Below, in pieces: positions 20,144-29,292 of a stretch of 64,000 bases of DNA. The notes below the pieces were generated by a model. That model made no database searches, was not told the origin of the DNA, and was given only the letters and a program-made list of their open reading frames with translations. This stretch comes from Patescibacteria group bacterium. Lineage in GTDB: Bacteria; Patescibacteriota; Saccharimonadia; CAILAD01; BJGX01. The position numbers were made by a program, and so were the translations under genes. The stretch is from contig JAPLVO010000014.1 of assembly GCA_026397045.1 (NCBI GenBank), positions 724 through 64,723 of the forward strand. The letters are read 5' to 3'. The first letter of the stretch is position 1; the number at the start of each line of letters is the position of its first letter.

Positions 20144-20779
20144 TTAATCAAGTGGCATTGCGTTTTTAAGCTGGTTTTGGCCTATAGAAGTACGCACTAT
20201 CTGGGTGCAATAAGCCCCTGTTGCTAGTTTTTTACCAAGGTCTTCACCTAGCGCGCGAATATAAGTTCCACTGCTGACATCAGCTCGCAGCGTAAGCTCT
20301 GGGTAGCTGTATTTGAGTAGTTCTAGCTTACTAATTGTGACTTTTCTGGGCTTAATCTTTACCTCTTCGCCTCTTCTGGCCCTCTTGTAGGCCCTGACAC
20401 CATCTATTTTTATAGCACTGTACTTGGGGGGGACTTGCTCTATAACCCCCTTAAAGTCTTCTAGTGCTTCTAGAATAGCCTTTTTGGTGGGTACAGTATC
20501 AGATATAGATGTTTTTTCACCTTCTTGGTCGCCTGTATCTGAATTTTCACCTAGTTTTAGGCTAAATTCGTAGCTCTTATCGAGCTTGAGATAGCTATCT
20601 GATAGCCGAGTGTAATCTTTGCCTACCAGAACGATCAAAAGACCTTCGGCTTCTGGGTCTAGAGTACCAGCGTGCCCTACTTTCTTAATACCGCTAAGTC
20701 GGCGCATTTGAGCCACCATACTGAAGCTACTACGGCCGCGGGGTTTGTTTATTAGATATATTCCTGGGTTGTATTGCAT
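20144..20779 (-). CDS. truB: tRNA pseudouridine(55) synthase TruB
   Basis: Catalytic motif GHAGTLDPEAEGLL. Confidence 0.9.
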   Translation of the reverse strand: MQYNPGIYLINKPRGRSSFSMVAQMRRLSGIKKVGHAGTLDPEAEGLLIVLVGKDYTRLSDSYLKLDKSYEFSLKLGENSDTGDQEGEKTSISDTVPTKKAILEALEDFKGVIEQVPPKYSAIKIDGVRAYKRARRGEEVKIKPRKVTISKLELLKYSYPELTLRADVSSGTYIRALGEDLGKKLATGAYCTQIVRTSIGQNQLKNAMPLD

Positions 20780-20931
20780 TTTAGTGTCTAAGACAATCTT
20801 AGCAGATTAGGCCAAATACCAGCGATAAATTCATGCTTCCTAGGCTGAAGCTATCTTGGCACTAGGGCCTATTTTGCCCTGAAAGGGACCTGGGCTAAAC
20901 TTCTCGGCTTCAAACTCCCCTTTAGACCAAA

Positions 20932-21855
20932 TTAGATCTTTTTTTTTGAGCCTTCTTCGGTACTATGCACGACTGCTTCTGCTTGGCTGAGCTTTTTGGC
21001 CTCTTCTAAGGCCTCTTTTATAGAAGTGGGGGCCGACTCGTCGGGGACCTGAACCTTTGGGGCAGCTTGAGGGGCTGGGCTGAGGCTGGGTTTCGAGCTT
21101 TTAGATTGCATTATCCTAACAACATCCTGATGCTTCGCACCGGCGGCTAGCATTTGAGCAGCGACTGTCATGGCCTTTGCAGTGGTACCTGGAATAGTAA
21201 AATTATGAGTGGCACTTGTGATGCCCGTATATAGTGCGGTGGCAATTGATTCATCAACACTCCCCTGGGCGATTGATTCGAACAACGATACCAGCATTTC
21301 GCAAACTGAGCTAGCGTTTTGATCTATATAATTTACGCTACCAAAGTTCTCATTAATCCTGTGGTAGTCAATGTTTATTAGGTGAAGCCCATCGAATATA
21401 GTCGGGTTCTGCTCTACTATCCTATCTAATTTGGCAATCTGGGGGACGCCTAAGGATATTATGAGGTCAAACTTTAGTGGGCCCTGGCTAAAGCTAACAT
21501 CATTGGATTTGAAGTTGCCATTAAGCGGGGTTATGGTCACATCTAGGCGCTCGCCTTCGACATTATATTTGAGCTTGTCCACTACCACCGACTTCATATC
21601 GATGCTAACAATAAAATCTCTAACGCCATCCAGTTGCTTACTAATAAATTGCGTATCGAAAAGCTCAGCACTCTTGGGGAGGCTGTCGGTAACTACTACG
21701 CTTGCCTGCTTCTGGAGTTTATTTATTACTCTTTGCGTAGCAATAGCGGCTGACAACTGGTCGTTATTAGGCTCGCGACCTGTAATTATCAATATATTAT
21801 GAGCTTGCTTAATGAGCTCGCTGGCCTGTTGTTTTGGGGTTAATTCGTTTTGCAT
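20932..21855 (-). CDS. DHH/DHHA1-family phosphoesterase (NrnA-like) with degenerate catalytic motifs
   Basis: Overall NrnA-like length and layout upstream of truB, but motif I is TGREPNNDQ (HxxxxDxD expected), motif III is DYH (DHH expected), and GGGH is replaced by GAKH. Confidence 0.6.
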   Translation of the reverse strand: MQNELTPKQQASELIKQAHNILIITGREPNNDQLSAAIATQRVINKLQKQASVVVTDSLPKSAELFDTQFISKQLDGVRDFIVSIDMKSVVVDKLKYNVEGERLDVTITPLNGNFKSNDVSFSQGPLKFDLIISLGVPQIAKLDRIVEQNPTIFDGLHLINIDYHRINENFGSVNYIDQNASSVCEMLVSLFESIAQGSVDESIATALYTGITSATHNFTIPGTTAKAMTVAAQMLAAGAKHQDVVRIMQSKSSKPSLSPAPQAAPKVQVPDESAPTSIKEALEEAKKLSQAEAVVHSTEEGSKKKI

Positions 21856-22098
21856 ATGTATAAAAATTATTTAATTACGATATTATACACATGATAAGCA
21901 TTATTGTCAAGAGCTGAGGGCTGTCTAGCTCAGTGGGCTTGCTAAAATACAGAATTATAGTAAAATAATATTATGAATAACCAAAGCAAAAATACCTTCC
22001 CGATTTATTCGCGGATGTCTACCCGTACAGCGGTGGGGTTTGCTTTGGCTTATCGAATGATCTAACCGGTTACTAACAGTTTCTGATATCCGATGAGC

Positions 22099-22126
22099 CT
22101 CCATTCAAGAAGATGGAGTTTTTTAT
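22099..22126 (+). terminator. Rho-independent terminator-like hairpin (CTCCAT-N8-ATGGAG + TTTTTTAT) in the intergenic region
   Basis: Stem-loop followed by a T-run on the + strand; the only upstream + strand candidate is a 31-codon ORF/sRNA (21974-22069). Confidence 0.4.
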
Positions 22127-22165
22127 CTTAATACAAGAAACGCCACTTCGCTAGGAGGCCCATCG

Positions 22166-22186
22166 GGTCTCGGAAATTCCGAGATC
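22166..22186. promoter_or_regulatory. Operator-like palindrome GGTCTCGGAAaTTCCGAGATC upstream of the GNAT gene
   Basis: Near-perfect 10+10 inverted repeat with a 1-nt centre (too short a loop for an RNA hairpin, which suggests a dimeric DNA-binding site), 30 nt upstream of the SD AAGGGAG and ATG 22216. Confidence 0.4.
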
Positions 22187-22215
22187 TGCACCTAACTACC
22201 TCTAAGGGAGTAGCT

Positions 22216-22896
22216 ATGGCCTATGGATTGCCAATGAGCTTCAGCAATGGCGTTGAGAATAAGCAAGAACCCCGCATTATCATGCGAGGCTACCAAGAAG
22301 GCGAAGGTACGCTTATGGCGAAGGCCATAAGCCGAGTAAATATACAGCGTTACATTATGCTCTCTGCCACACAAACTCCAGCAATGGAAGAAGCGTGGAT
22401 GGAGCAGGCAGCTACACTCAAGGATGATTGCACATGGGCGATTTGTATCGCTCAAGACAGCTCAGATGAGCTTGGCACACCGATTGGTAGCACTGGCTTG
22501 CACCGCATTGAAGACGGCAGAGCGCATTCGGGTATTGTCATTTATGACGACTCATTCTGGCACCAGGGCATCGCCAGTGCCTGCCATCGCGCCAGAAGCC
22601 TCTATGCTCACCAAGTACTAGGCATTCGTGCCGTCGATAGCTATGTCATCAGTGGCAATGATGCCAGCCTAAACGCCCTACAGGGCGTCGGTTATACGCG
22701 CACAGGTACTCAATACAGCCACAGCATTGTCGGCGGCAAGGTCTGTCATGTTGATAATCTGACATGGGTCAATCCGTACCGGCACCAGTGGGATTATTTT
22801 TGGGGGGATAATGAGCCTCCCGAGGAGTTTAATATCTCGCGCCGTAAAGCAGAATTGGCTATTGAGCGAGCCAGAGCAGATGTCACCTTTATGTGA
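22216..22896 (+). CDS. GNAT-family N-acetyltransferase (GC-rich, likely horizontally acquired)
   Basis: 226 aa; GNAT motif-A-like HSGIVIYDDSFWHQGIASACHRARSLYAHQVLGIRAV. GC content and codon usage are visibly higher than in flanking genes. Confidence 0.65.
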   Translation: MAYGLPMSFSNGVENKQEPRIIMRGYQEGEGTLMAKAISRVNIQRYIMLSATQTPAMEEAWMEQAATLKDDCTWAICIAQDSSDELGTPIGSTGLHRIEDGRAHSGIVIYDDSFWHQGIASACHRARSLYAHQVLGIRAVDSYVISGNDASLNALQGVGYTRTGTQYSHSIVGGKVCHVDNLTWVNPYRHQWDYFWGDNEPPEEFNISRRKAELAIERARADVTFM

Positions 22897-22916
22897 CGAC
22901 GGGTATGTTATTGCAT

Positions 22917-22952
22917 GGGGCCAGGTTTTTACCTGGCCCCATTTACTTTGAC
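22917..22952 (+). terminator. Rho-independent terminator (GGGGCCAGGT-TTTT-ACCTGGCCCC + T-rich tract)
   Basis: Perfect 10-bp GC-rich stem directly after the GNAT stop. Confidence 0.7.
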
Positions 22953-23088
22953 ATTTTCCACCACAGTATAGATCCCTGGAATGATATTGTTTATCAATGC
23001 CTAGTTACGGCTAAGCTCAGAGTCTTTACAGATACGGCTAAATAAGCTATACTACTCTCTATAACTTTTTAGAAAGACATATTTAAAC

Positions 23089-23487
23089 ATGCCAGTAATC
23101 AAATCCGCAATTAAGAGAGTTCGCCAGGCAAAAAAGCGCAAAGCCTACAATGTTAGTGTAAAATCTTCTGTTAAAGCTAAATTCAAGGCCGTACGCGACG
23201 AAATTGCCACAGGCAAAATTGAAAACAGCCAAGAACTTATCGCTGCTATCAAAGAAATTGATGTAGCTGTCCGCAAAGGCGTTATCAATAAGCACTCTGC
23301 TGCTCGCAAAAAGAGCCGTCTAGCCAAGAGCTATAACTCAGTTGCCGCAAAACCATATGGCACAGAAGCCCCGGGCAAACCAGGCGAGAAGAAAAAAGCC
23401 ATCAAAAAGCCAGCGGCCAAAAAGACTCCAGCAAGCAAAGCTAGCACTAAAAAGCCAGCGGCCAAAAAGTCCCCTCTAAAGAAGTAA
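23089..23487 (+). CDS. rpsT: 30S ribosomal protein S20 with Lys/Ala/Pro-rich (histone H1-like) C-terminal extension
   Basis: N-terminal about 85 aa MPVIKSAIKRVRQAKKRKAYN...KGVINKHSAARKKSRLAKS is typical S20; followed by about 45 aa of KKPAAKK repeats. Confidence 0.88.
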   Translation: MPVIKSAIKRVRQAKKRKAYNVSVKSSVKAKFKAVRDEIATGKIENSQELIAAIKEIDVAVRKGVINKHSAARKKSRLAKSYNSVAAKPYGTEAPGKPGEKKKAIKKPAAKKTPASKASTKKPAAKKSPLKK

Positions 23488-23524
23488 CTATTTAACCCCT
23501 CCAACCAAGAGGGGTTAAATACTA

Positions 23525-24439
23525 CTAATTTTCACACAATCTATAGATGAGTTCTGTTACAGCCTCAGGCGAGGCTAGCTGACCCGTCTTGATAGCTATA
23601 TCGGCCCTAGCGATCAATGCATAGGCTTTTTTTATGTCAGCTATTTCTAGCCCCCCAGATATTGCTCTTGCCTTCTGCAGCGGATAAGGAGACAGGCGAT
23701 ATGCCTTGGTGAGTTCGGGATTATTTATTACAACTACCATTAGCACCCTGAACTGATATGTTATAGCCCCGATAATTAGCTGGTCTGCTACGCCTTGAGT
23801 TGTCAGCTGCTTGTACAAAATAATGCAGCGCCTAATATCCTTGCCAACCAAGGCTTCGGCCAGATCAAATGAAGTACTTTCTATGCTTTCTGTGGCCAGC
23901 TCGGCGATTGTTTCTTTTGTTATAGTCTTACTATAGCTACTGAGCTTAATCAGCTCATTGTGCAGCGTCCATTGGTCCTGCCCTACATAATCTATAAGGT
24001 AACTCACGACCTTAGGATCGATAATTGCGCCGAGACGGCTAGACTCTAGCTTGACCCATTTGATCAAATCATACCTTTCCAGAATTTTATACTCCTTTGC
24101 TCCGTCTAGCTTACTAAGCTGCTTAAAAACAGCTGTGCGTTTGTCGGGGTTGGCATCTATAAGTACCAAATTAGTGCTAATTGGTGTTGAATCTACCAGC
24201 TGACCCAGCTGCTCGGAGGTTGGCTTGGCCAGACTTATGCCGTCGACCAATATAAGCCTGCTACTTACAAACATCGGCACGGTGGCAAGGTTTTCGAGTA
24301 ACCCCCCTATCCCCTTGCTGGCAATATCGACCCTGCTGTAATCACCTTCCTGGCCTGTCTTAGAAAGGTATCTAGACTTAATTAACCCCAGCTGACGATT
24401 GATAGCAAAGCTGTTTTTACCATATAAATATATAACCAT
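23525..24439 (-). CDS. holA: DNA polymerase III subunit delta
   Basis: 304 aa; N-terminal MVIYLYGKNSFAINRQL... and an AAA+-like clamp-loader delta fold; weakly conserved but typical size and context. Confidence 0.7.
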   Translation of the reverse strand: MVIYLYGKNSFAINRQLGLIKSRYLSKTGQEGDYSRVDIASKGIGGLLENLATVPMFVSSRLILVDGISLAKPTSEQLGQLVDSTPISTNLVLIDANPDKRTAVFKQLSKLDGAKEYKILERYDLIKWVKLESSRLGAIIDPKVVSYLIDYVGQDQWTLHNELIKLSSYSKTITKETIAELATESIESTSFDLAEALVGKDIRRCIILYKQLTTQGVADQLIIGAITYQFRVLMVVVINNPELTKAYRLSPYPLQKARAISGGLEIADIKKAYALIARADIAIKTGQLASPEAVTELIYRLCEN

Positions 24440-24510
24440 TAGCTACAGTTCTCCATTGGATAATTATACCTGAAAGATCCAGCCATCCAAACCTATTGAT
24501 CTTCGGGTCT

Positions 24511-25398
24511 TTAGAGTCTGTCTCGAGGTGGGCGCTGACAATGCTCGCAAATATGAGTGCCTCGGCCGGCAACCCGAATTTTTATGATTTGTCTTCCGCA
24601 GACTGGACAGCTAGTGCCTTCCCTTCTAAAAACTTTTGCAAACTTAAGGTAGCTACCCTTATTACCATTGGCATCTACATAGTTTTTATCGCTACTGCCG
24701 CCCAATTCAATGCTCAACTTCATAATTGCCCGCAAACTAGAATAAAGCCTTTTTAGCTTGATGGTACTGACATCGCCCACTTTTGTAGCTGGGTGAATTC
24801 TAGCTGAAAAAAGCCCTTCATCGGCATAGATATTGCCCACGCCCGCCAGCACAGTTTGGTCCAATATGGCAGCCTTAATAGTAGTATTCTTTCGGCGCTG
24901 GAGCGCACTATTGAATTGTTCAAAAGTATAGCTATCGCTTAGTGGCTCTGGCCCTAGCTTGCTCAAAAACGAATTAGAATCATATAAACCCTTAGATTTT
25001 TCTAGCTTTACCCAACCAAACTTTCGCTGATCATTAAAAAATAATGTTCCGCGACCAAAATTGATGGTTACGCGAGTAGATTTATTGGGCAATTTATCTA
25101 TCAGGCTATCGTTGGGATGGCCGCCCCCAAAGCCCTTACCATTGTTTGGCCGATACACTAGCTGACCGGTCATTTTCAGATGAATCAATACACTATACCC
25201 AGACGATAGTGGAATAATAATAACCTTACCCCGGCGATTTACAGCCTCTACCGTGGCGCCAATAAGCACCCTATCTACTAGGGCCTGGCTATTAGGGAAG
25301 CCTTTTGGCCAATCAAAAGTCAGGCTCTTAGCCTGTAATCCTGGCAAGAAGCCCTGCAACCCCAGCCTGACAGTTTCAACTTCTGGTAACTCTGGCAT
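24511..25398 (-). CDS. mutM: Formamidopyrimidine-DNA glycosylase (Fpg/MutM)
   Basis: N-terminal MPELPEVETVRLGL (Pro2/Glu3 catalytic), H2TH domain, C-terminal zinc finger CPVCGRQI...CEHCQ. Confidence 0.92.
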   Translation of the reverse strand: MPELPEVETVRLGLQGFLPGLQAKSLTFDWPKGFPNSQALVDRVLIGATVEAVNRRGKVIIIPLSSGYSVLIHLKMTGQLVYRPNNGKGFGGGHPNDSLIDKLPNKSTRVTINFGRGTLFFNDQRKFGWVKLEKSKGLYDSNSFLSKLGPEPLSDSYTFEQFNSALQRRKNTTIKAAILDQTVLAGVGNIYADEGLFSARIHPATKVGDVSTIKLKRLYSSLRAIMKLSIELGGSSDKNYVDANGNKGSYLKFAKVFRREGTSCPVCGRQIIKIRVAGRGTHICEHCQRPPRDRL

Positions 25399-25546
25399 AG
25401 CGAAAGTATGACAGAGTCAAGCGTCTGTAACAACTAGATGCAGGCATATGGGCGTGTTACTGTTGGCTACTGTACCTCTAAGGGCTTGATTATATGATGT
25501 AATAATTGTATATTACAAAAAGTTCATCGACAAAAGGAGAAAAGCA

Positions 25547-25645
25547 GTGAATAAGGTACTAAGATATTGGCTAGAGCTTATATTCGCCGTTATGGCTGTA
25601 AGTGTTGCGGCTGGCACTGTAATGGTGGCCATTATCGCGATGAGG
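25547..25645 (+). CDS. Small hydrophobic peptide (32 aa), translationally coupled to the downstream gene
   Basis: GTG start 7 nt after SD AAGGAG; VNKVLRYWLELIFAVMAVSVAAGTVMVAIIAMRP; the stop TAA is 1 nt before the ATG of the next ORF. Found by eye; below the ORF-track size cutoff. Confidence 0.4.
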
Positions 25646-25652
25646 CCATAAA

Positions 25653-25988
25653 ATGGCTTTGTTCAGGAACCACAGCTGGAATTACGATGATAAATTATTA
25701 GCATCAGAAATGTCTAAAAGCATTCACTACCACCTATGCAGCAAACAAATCGTTACTCATAGCGTGGGTGAAAAAAAGTATACTTTATACTTTTTGAGGG
25801 CAGGAGATGTGTTTTATTTCTCCCTTGATGGCTTCGAAGACTTGTTTGGTATTAAAGCCAGGCTTGAAGAGCAGGAGGCAGTCCTAGTTGAAGGATTTAT
25901 ATCAAACATGAATGATGTCACACTTTACTGCCCTACCGATAAACTCCAAACGATTAAATTCGTTGTAGGACCTAGCCTTTCTGGCTAG
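25653..25988 (+). CDS. Hypothetical protein (111 aa)
   Basis: ORF directly following the small peptide; no family recognised. Confidence 0.5.
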   Translation: MALFRNHSWNYDDKLLASEMSKSIHYHLCSKQIVTHSVGEKKYTLYFLRAGDVFYFSLDGFEDLFGIKARLEEQEAVLVEGFISNMNDVTLYCPTDKLQTIKFVVGPSLSG

Positions 25989-25995
25989 GTCCTAT

Positions 25996-28740
25996 CTATT
26001 TTAGTTCACCCCAGCTAGTTCCGATTTTTACACCCACCTCAATTGGTACTGCAAACTTATGAACTGCAATCATTTCTTGCGATACTATTTCAATCACAGC
26101 TTTCTCTTGGTCTTTGGGGCACTCCACAATGAGTTCATCATGTATTTGTAAAATTAGCTTGGCATTCTTTGGTAGTTTTTTGTGAATACTTATCATTGCC
26201 AGCTTCATCATGTCTGCAGCTGTACCTTGAAGCGGCATATTCACAGCAGCTCGCTCGGCAGCAGATCGAACCAAGAAGTTGCTCGAGGCTACATCTGGGC
26301 AGGGTCGCCTTCTGCCAAAAATTGTTTCGGTGTAGCCCTCGTCATGAGCAAATTTTTTAACACTAGCGATATACTGCGCTACGCCTTTGCGAAGCTCAAA
26401 ATAGCGGTCGATAAAGTCTTTTGACTGGGCGTAATCAAAGCCAGTGGCCACAGATAGCCCGTGGGTATTCATGCCATATAAAACACCAAAATTTATCGCC
26501 TTGGCGGCATAGCGCTGTTCTGGCGTAACTTCTTCTGGCTTAATTCCAAACATCTCAGCACTGGTGAGAGTATGAATATCTGCCCCCTCTACAAAAGCTT
26601 TTATTATTGGCTCGTCGTTGGCTAGCGCGGCTGCCAGCCTAAGCTCTATCTGGCTATAATCTGCAGACACCAAAATATTGCCCTCTGATGCCACGAATGC
26701 CTTGCGTATCTCTCGGCCGGTTTCTGTGCGAGTAGGAATATTTTGCAGGTTTGGATTGGTGCTACTTAAGCGCCCTGTCTGGGCGATTGTTTGGTTGTAG
26801 CTTGTGTGAATTCTAGAATTGGGTTTAACCAGCTTGGGCAAAGCATCTACATAGGTGCTGGTCAGCTTGGTGAGCTCTCGGTACTCAAACATCATATCGA
26901 CAATCTTATGCTTGCCGCGCAGCTTCTCAAGCTCGCTAGCCGCCGTACTTATACCGGTCTTGGTCTTTTTTAAGCCCTGGCTATCTATTTTAAGCTTTTC
27001 AAAAAGCACCACTTGCAGCTGAGCCGGTGAGCTAATATTAAATTCCTCACCTGCAAGGCCCCATATACTAGCCCTTAATTTATCTATCTCTAGGTGGTAT
27101 TGAATTGATAATTTGTTCAAAAATTTTGAATCTAACTCAACACCCTGATATTCCATATCGCCTAGTACTTCTATAAGCGGCCACTCCATTTGAGCAGCAA
27201 GGCTAGCCAGCTCGCCAATAGAATCTAGCTGCTTTTCTAGCTTCTTATAGAGCCTCCAGGTAATGTCGGCGTCTTCGGCAGCATACTGTGAGGCCTCTTT
27301 GATATCAATCTTATCGAAGGTTTGTTGGCTCTTTCCCTTGGTGCCAATTAGCTCTTCAATCTCAATCATAGATATACCCAGCTCATTGTAGGCTAGCTGG
27401 CTCAAGCTCTGGGCCCTACCAATAGGGTTAATTAGAAATGCCGCAACCATCGTGTCAAACACAATTGGCCCAAGACGCATCTCATCATGTGGTCGCATCA
27501 CCACATAGTCGTATTTGATATTATGGCCAACTTTTCCTATCGCTGGGTCTTTCAAAATAGGGCCAATAACATCATAGTATTGGTCGTAGCCAATTTCGGT
27601 CTTCTGGCTGTGAGCCAGCGGCACATAGTAGGCCTCGCCTTCTTGAAAGCTAAAAGAAGCCCCAACCAAACTAGCGTCAATGGCATCTACGCTGGTTGTT
27701 TCAGTGTCGTAGGCAAAGACCTTTTGGGCTTTGAGTTTGGTGGCTAGCTGCTTGAGCTCACTGAGCTTAGTTATTAAATGGTACTTGGCGGTCTTTAGAT
27801 GTTCGCGGTTAAACTCAGCCGCAGCCTCTGCCCCACCCTGCTGGGCGTCTTGTGTAGGGGCATCTTCTGAAAGTGACTGAGTTGGTAATTTGGAAAGTAG
27901 ACTTTTAAACTCTAGCTTGTGAAATAAATCAAAGACCTTTTTTTTGTCATAATCGTGCAGGGCCGAATCAGCAAGCTTAAAATCAAACTCAACATCACGC
28001 TTTATTGTTGAAAGATCAAGGCTCAAATAAGCACTTTCTTTGCCAGCTGCGAGCTTTTTGGCCAGAGCTGGTTTAATTAGCTCAATATTTTCATATATTT
28101 TATCGAGGGTCTTATACTCACTCACTAGATCTGTCGCACCCTTGTCGCCAATACCTGTAACCCCCGGAATATTATCGCTGGTATCGCCTTTCAGTGCCTT
28201 ATAGACAATAAACTCTTCTGGAGTAACGCCATATTTATCATAGACGGCCTTTTCATCATAAATAAATGTATCGCTAAAGCCTTTGCGCATAGTATAGACT
28301 GCTACATTTTCAGAAACCAGCTGGAGTTCGTCCATATCGCCCGTGACCACGACTACATCTAGAGAATCTTGATACGATTTGGCGAGAGTGCCAATAATAT
28401 CGTCGGCCTCGTAGCCCGGTGCCTCAATAAGTGGAATATTAAAGGCAGCTACAAGCTCCTTGGTAAGTGGCATCTGTGCGTATAGTTCGTCTGGGGCTTT
28501 TTTACGGGTGGCTTTGTAATCCGAATACTGGTCATGACGAAAAGTCTTTCCAGGTGCATCCCAGGCAACAATAGCATAGTCTGGCTTGAGCTCCCGCAGT
28601 GCTAGTAGCATCATCATGGTGAAGCCATAGACAGCATTGGTGGGCGTGCCGTCTTTGGTGGTGAGGTGAGGAATAGCGTGAAACCCCCTGTGCACCAAGG
28701 CGTGACCATCAAAGATTACGAGCTTTTTTCTTTTAATCAT
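25996..28740 (-). CDS. polA: DNA polymerase I
   Basis: 5'-3' exonuclease N-terminus (LVIFDGHALVHRGFHA), 3'-5' exo-like domain, polymerase motifs incl. DYSQIELR and ...QIHDELI...; start set at MIKRKK (28740), not at the upstream ORF-track Met. Confidence 0.93.
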   Translation of the reverse strand: MIKRKKLVIFDGHALVHRGFHAIPHLTTKDGTPTNAVYGFTMMMLLALRELKPDYAIVAWDAPGKTFRHDQYSDYKATRKKAPDELYAQMPLTKELVAAFNIPLIEAPGYEADDIIGTLAKSYQDSLDVVVVTGDMDELQLVSENVAVYTMRKGFSDTFIYDEKAVYDKYGVTPEEFIVYKALKGDTSDNIPGVTGIGDKGATDLVSEYKTLDKIYENIELIKPALAKKLAAGKESAYLSLDLSTIKRDVEFDFKLADSALHDYDKKKVFDLFHKLEFKSLLSKLPTQSLSEDAPTQDAQQGGAEAAAEFNREHLKTAKYHLITKLSELKQLATKLKAQKVFAYDTETTSVDAIDASLVGASFSFQEGEAYYVPLAHSQKTEIGYDQYYDVIGPILKDPAIGKVGHNIKYDYVVMRPHDEMRLGPIVFDTMVAAFLINPIGRAQSLSQLAYNELGISMIEIEELIGTKGKSQQTFDKIDIKEASQYAAEDADITWRLYKKLEKQLDSIGELASLAAQMEWPLIEVLGDMEYQGVELDSKFLNKLSIQYHLEIDKLRASIWGLAGEEFNISSPAQLQVVLFEKLKIDSQGLKKTKTGISTAASELEKLRGKHKIVDMMFEYRELTKLTSTYVDALPKLVKPNSRIHTSYNQTIAQTGRLSSTNPNLQNIPTRTETGREIRKAFVASEGNILVSADYSQIELRLAAALANDEPIIKAFVEGADIHTLTSAEMFGIKPEEVTPEQRYAAKAINFGVLYGMNTHGLSVATGFDYAQSKDFIDRYFELRKGVAQYIASVKKFAHDEGYTETIFGRRRPCPDVASSNFLVRSAAERAAVNMPLQGTAADMMKLAMISIHKKLPKNAKLILQIHDELIVECPKDQEKAVIEIVSQEMIAVHKFAVPIEVGVKIGTSWGELK

Positions 28741-28818
28741 AGTTAAATTATACCTTATGTTATAAAATATAAGATAATTTGTGATCAAATAAACTAATTA
28801 AGAGGATTTAATTTACTT

Positions 28819-29292
28819 ATGAACAAGCCATCAGGGCCATCAAAGCCAACACACGACGGAGAAGAATCAGAGCCACTACACCATGGAGAAGAAGCTGCAA
28901 CTAGGGCATATGAAAAAAAACTGGCCATCGAACGAAGTATCGAACCTTCAGATAACAGTGACCAGCCTTTTTTGCCCGATCCGTCTGATGAAACTGGAGC
29001 CGAACCCAGTGGAGGTGGCTATGGTGCCGCTGTGCCTGAAAATATCTCACCGCCCGCCGTTATCCCACCGACCCCCAATCCTCCCGCCGAGCCACCTAGG
29101 GATGGCGACTTCGTGCCCGTAACTGAGGTAGAAACAGCTGCTGGAAAAATAGGAGTGGAAGCGAGCCAAATAGAGCTGGAAGCTGCCGCGGTTCGCAAAA
29201 AGCTTATAGATGACGAGGTTCGCGCAGCAGCCGAAGCGGCTCGCGATGAAGCCCTAAAAGCTGCCAATAACCAACCCCCCAAAAACCCCTAG
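28819..29292 (+). CDS. Hypothetical Pro/Glu/Ala-rich (disordered) protein
   Basis: 157-aa ORF with SD AAGAGGA before ATG; low-complexity composition; its stop overlaps the rpoD stop (convergent). The coding status is uncertain. Confidence 0.4.
   Translation: MNKPSGPSKPTHDGEESEPLHHGEEAATRAYEKKLAIERSIEPSDNSDQPFLPDPSDETGAEPSGGGYGAAVPENISPPAVIPPTPNPPAEPPRDGDFVPVTEVETAAGKIGVEASQIELEAAAVRKKLIDDEVRAAAEAARDEALKAANNQPPKNP

Noticed and set aside
21940-21975. tRNA-like fragment GGGCTGTCTAGCTCAGTGGG
   Set aside because: It resembles an acceptor/D-arm start but has no matching anticodon arm, T-loop (GTTCGA) or acceptor 3' strand.
22192-22455. 87-aa minus-strand ORF overlapping the GNAT start
   Set aside because: Antisense to the GNAT coding region and its RBS; shadow ORF.
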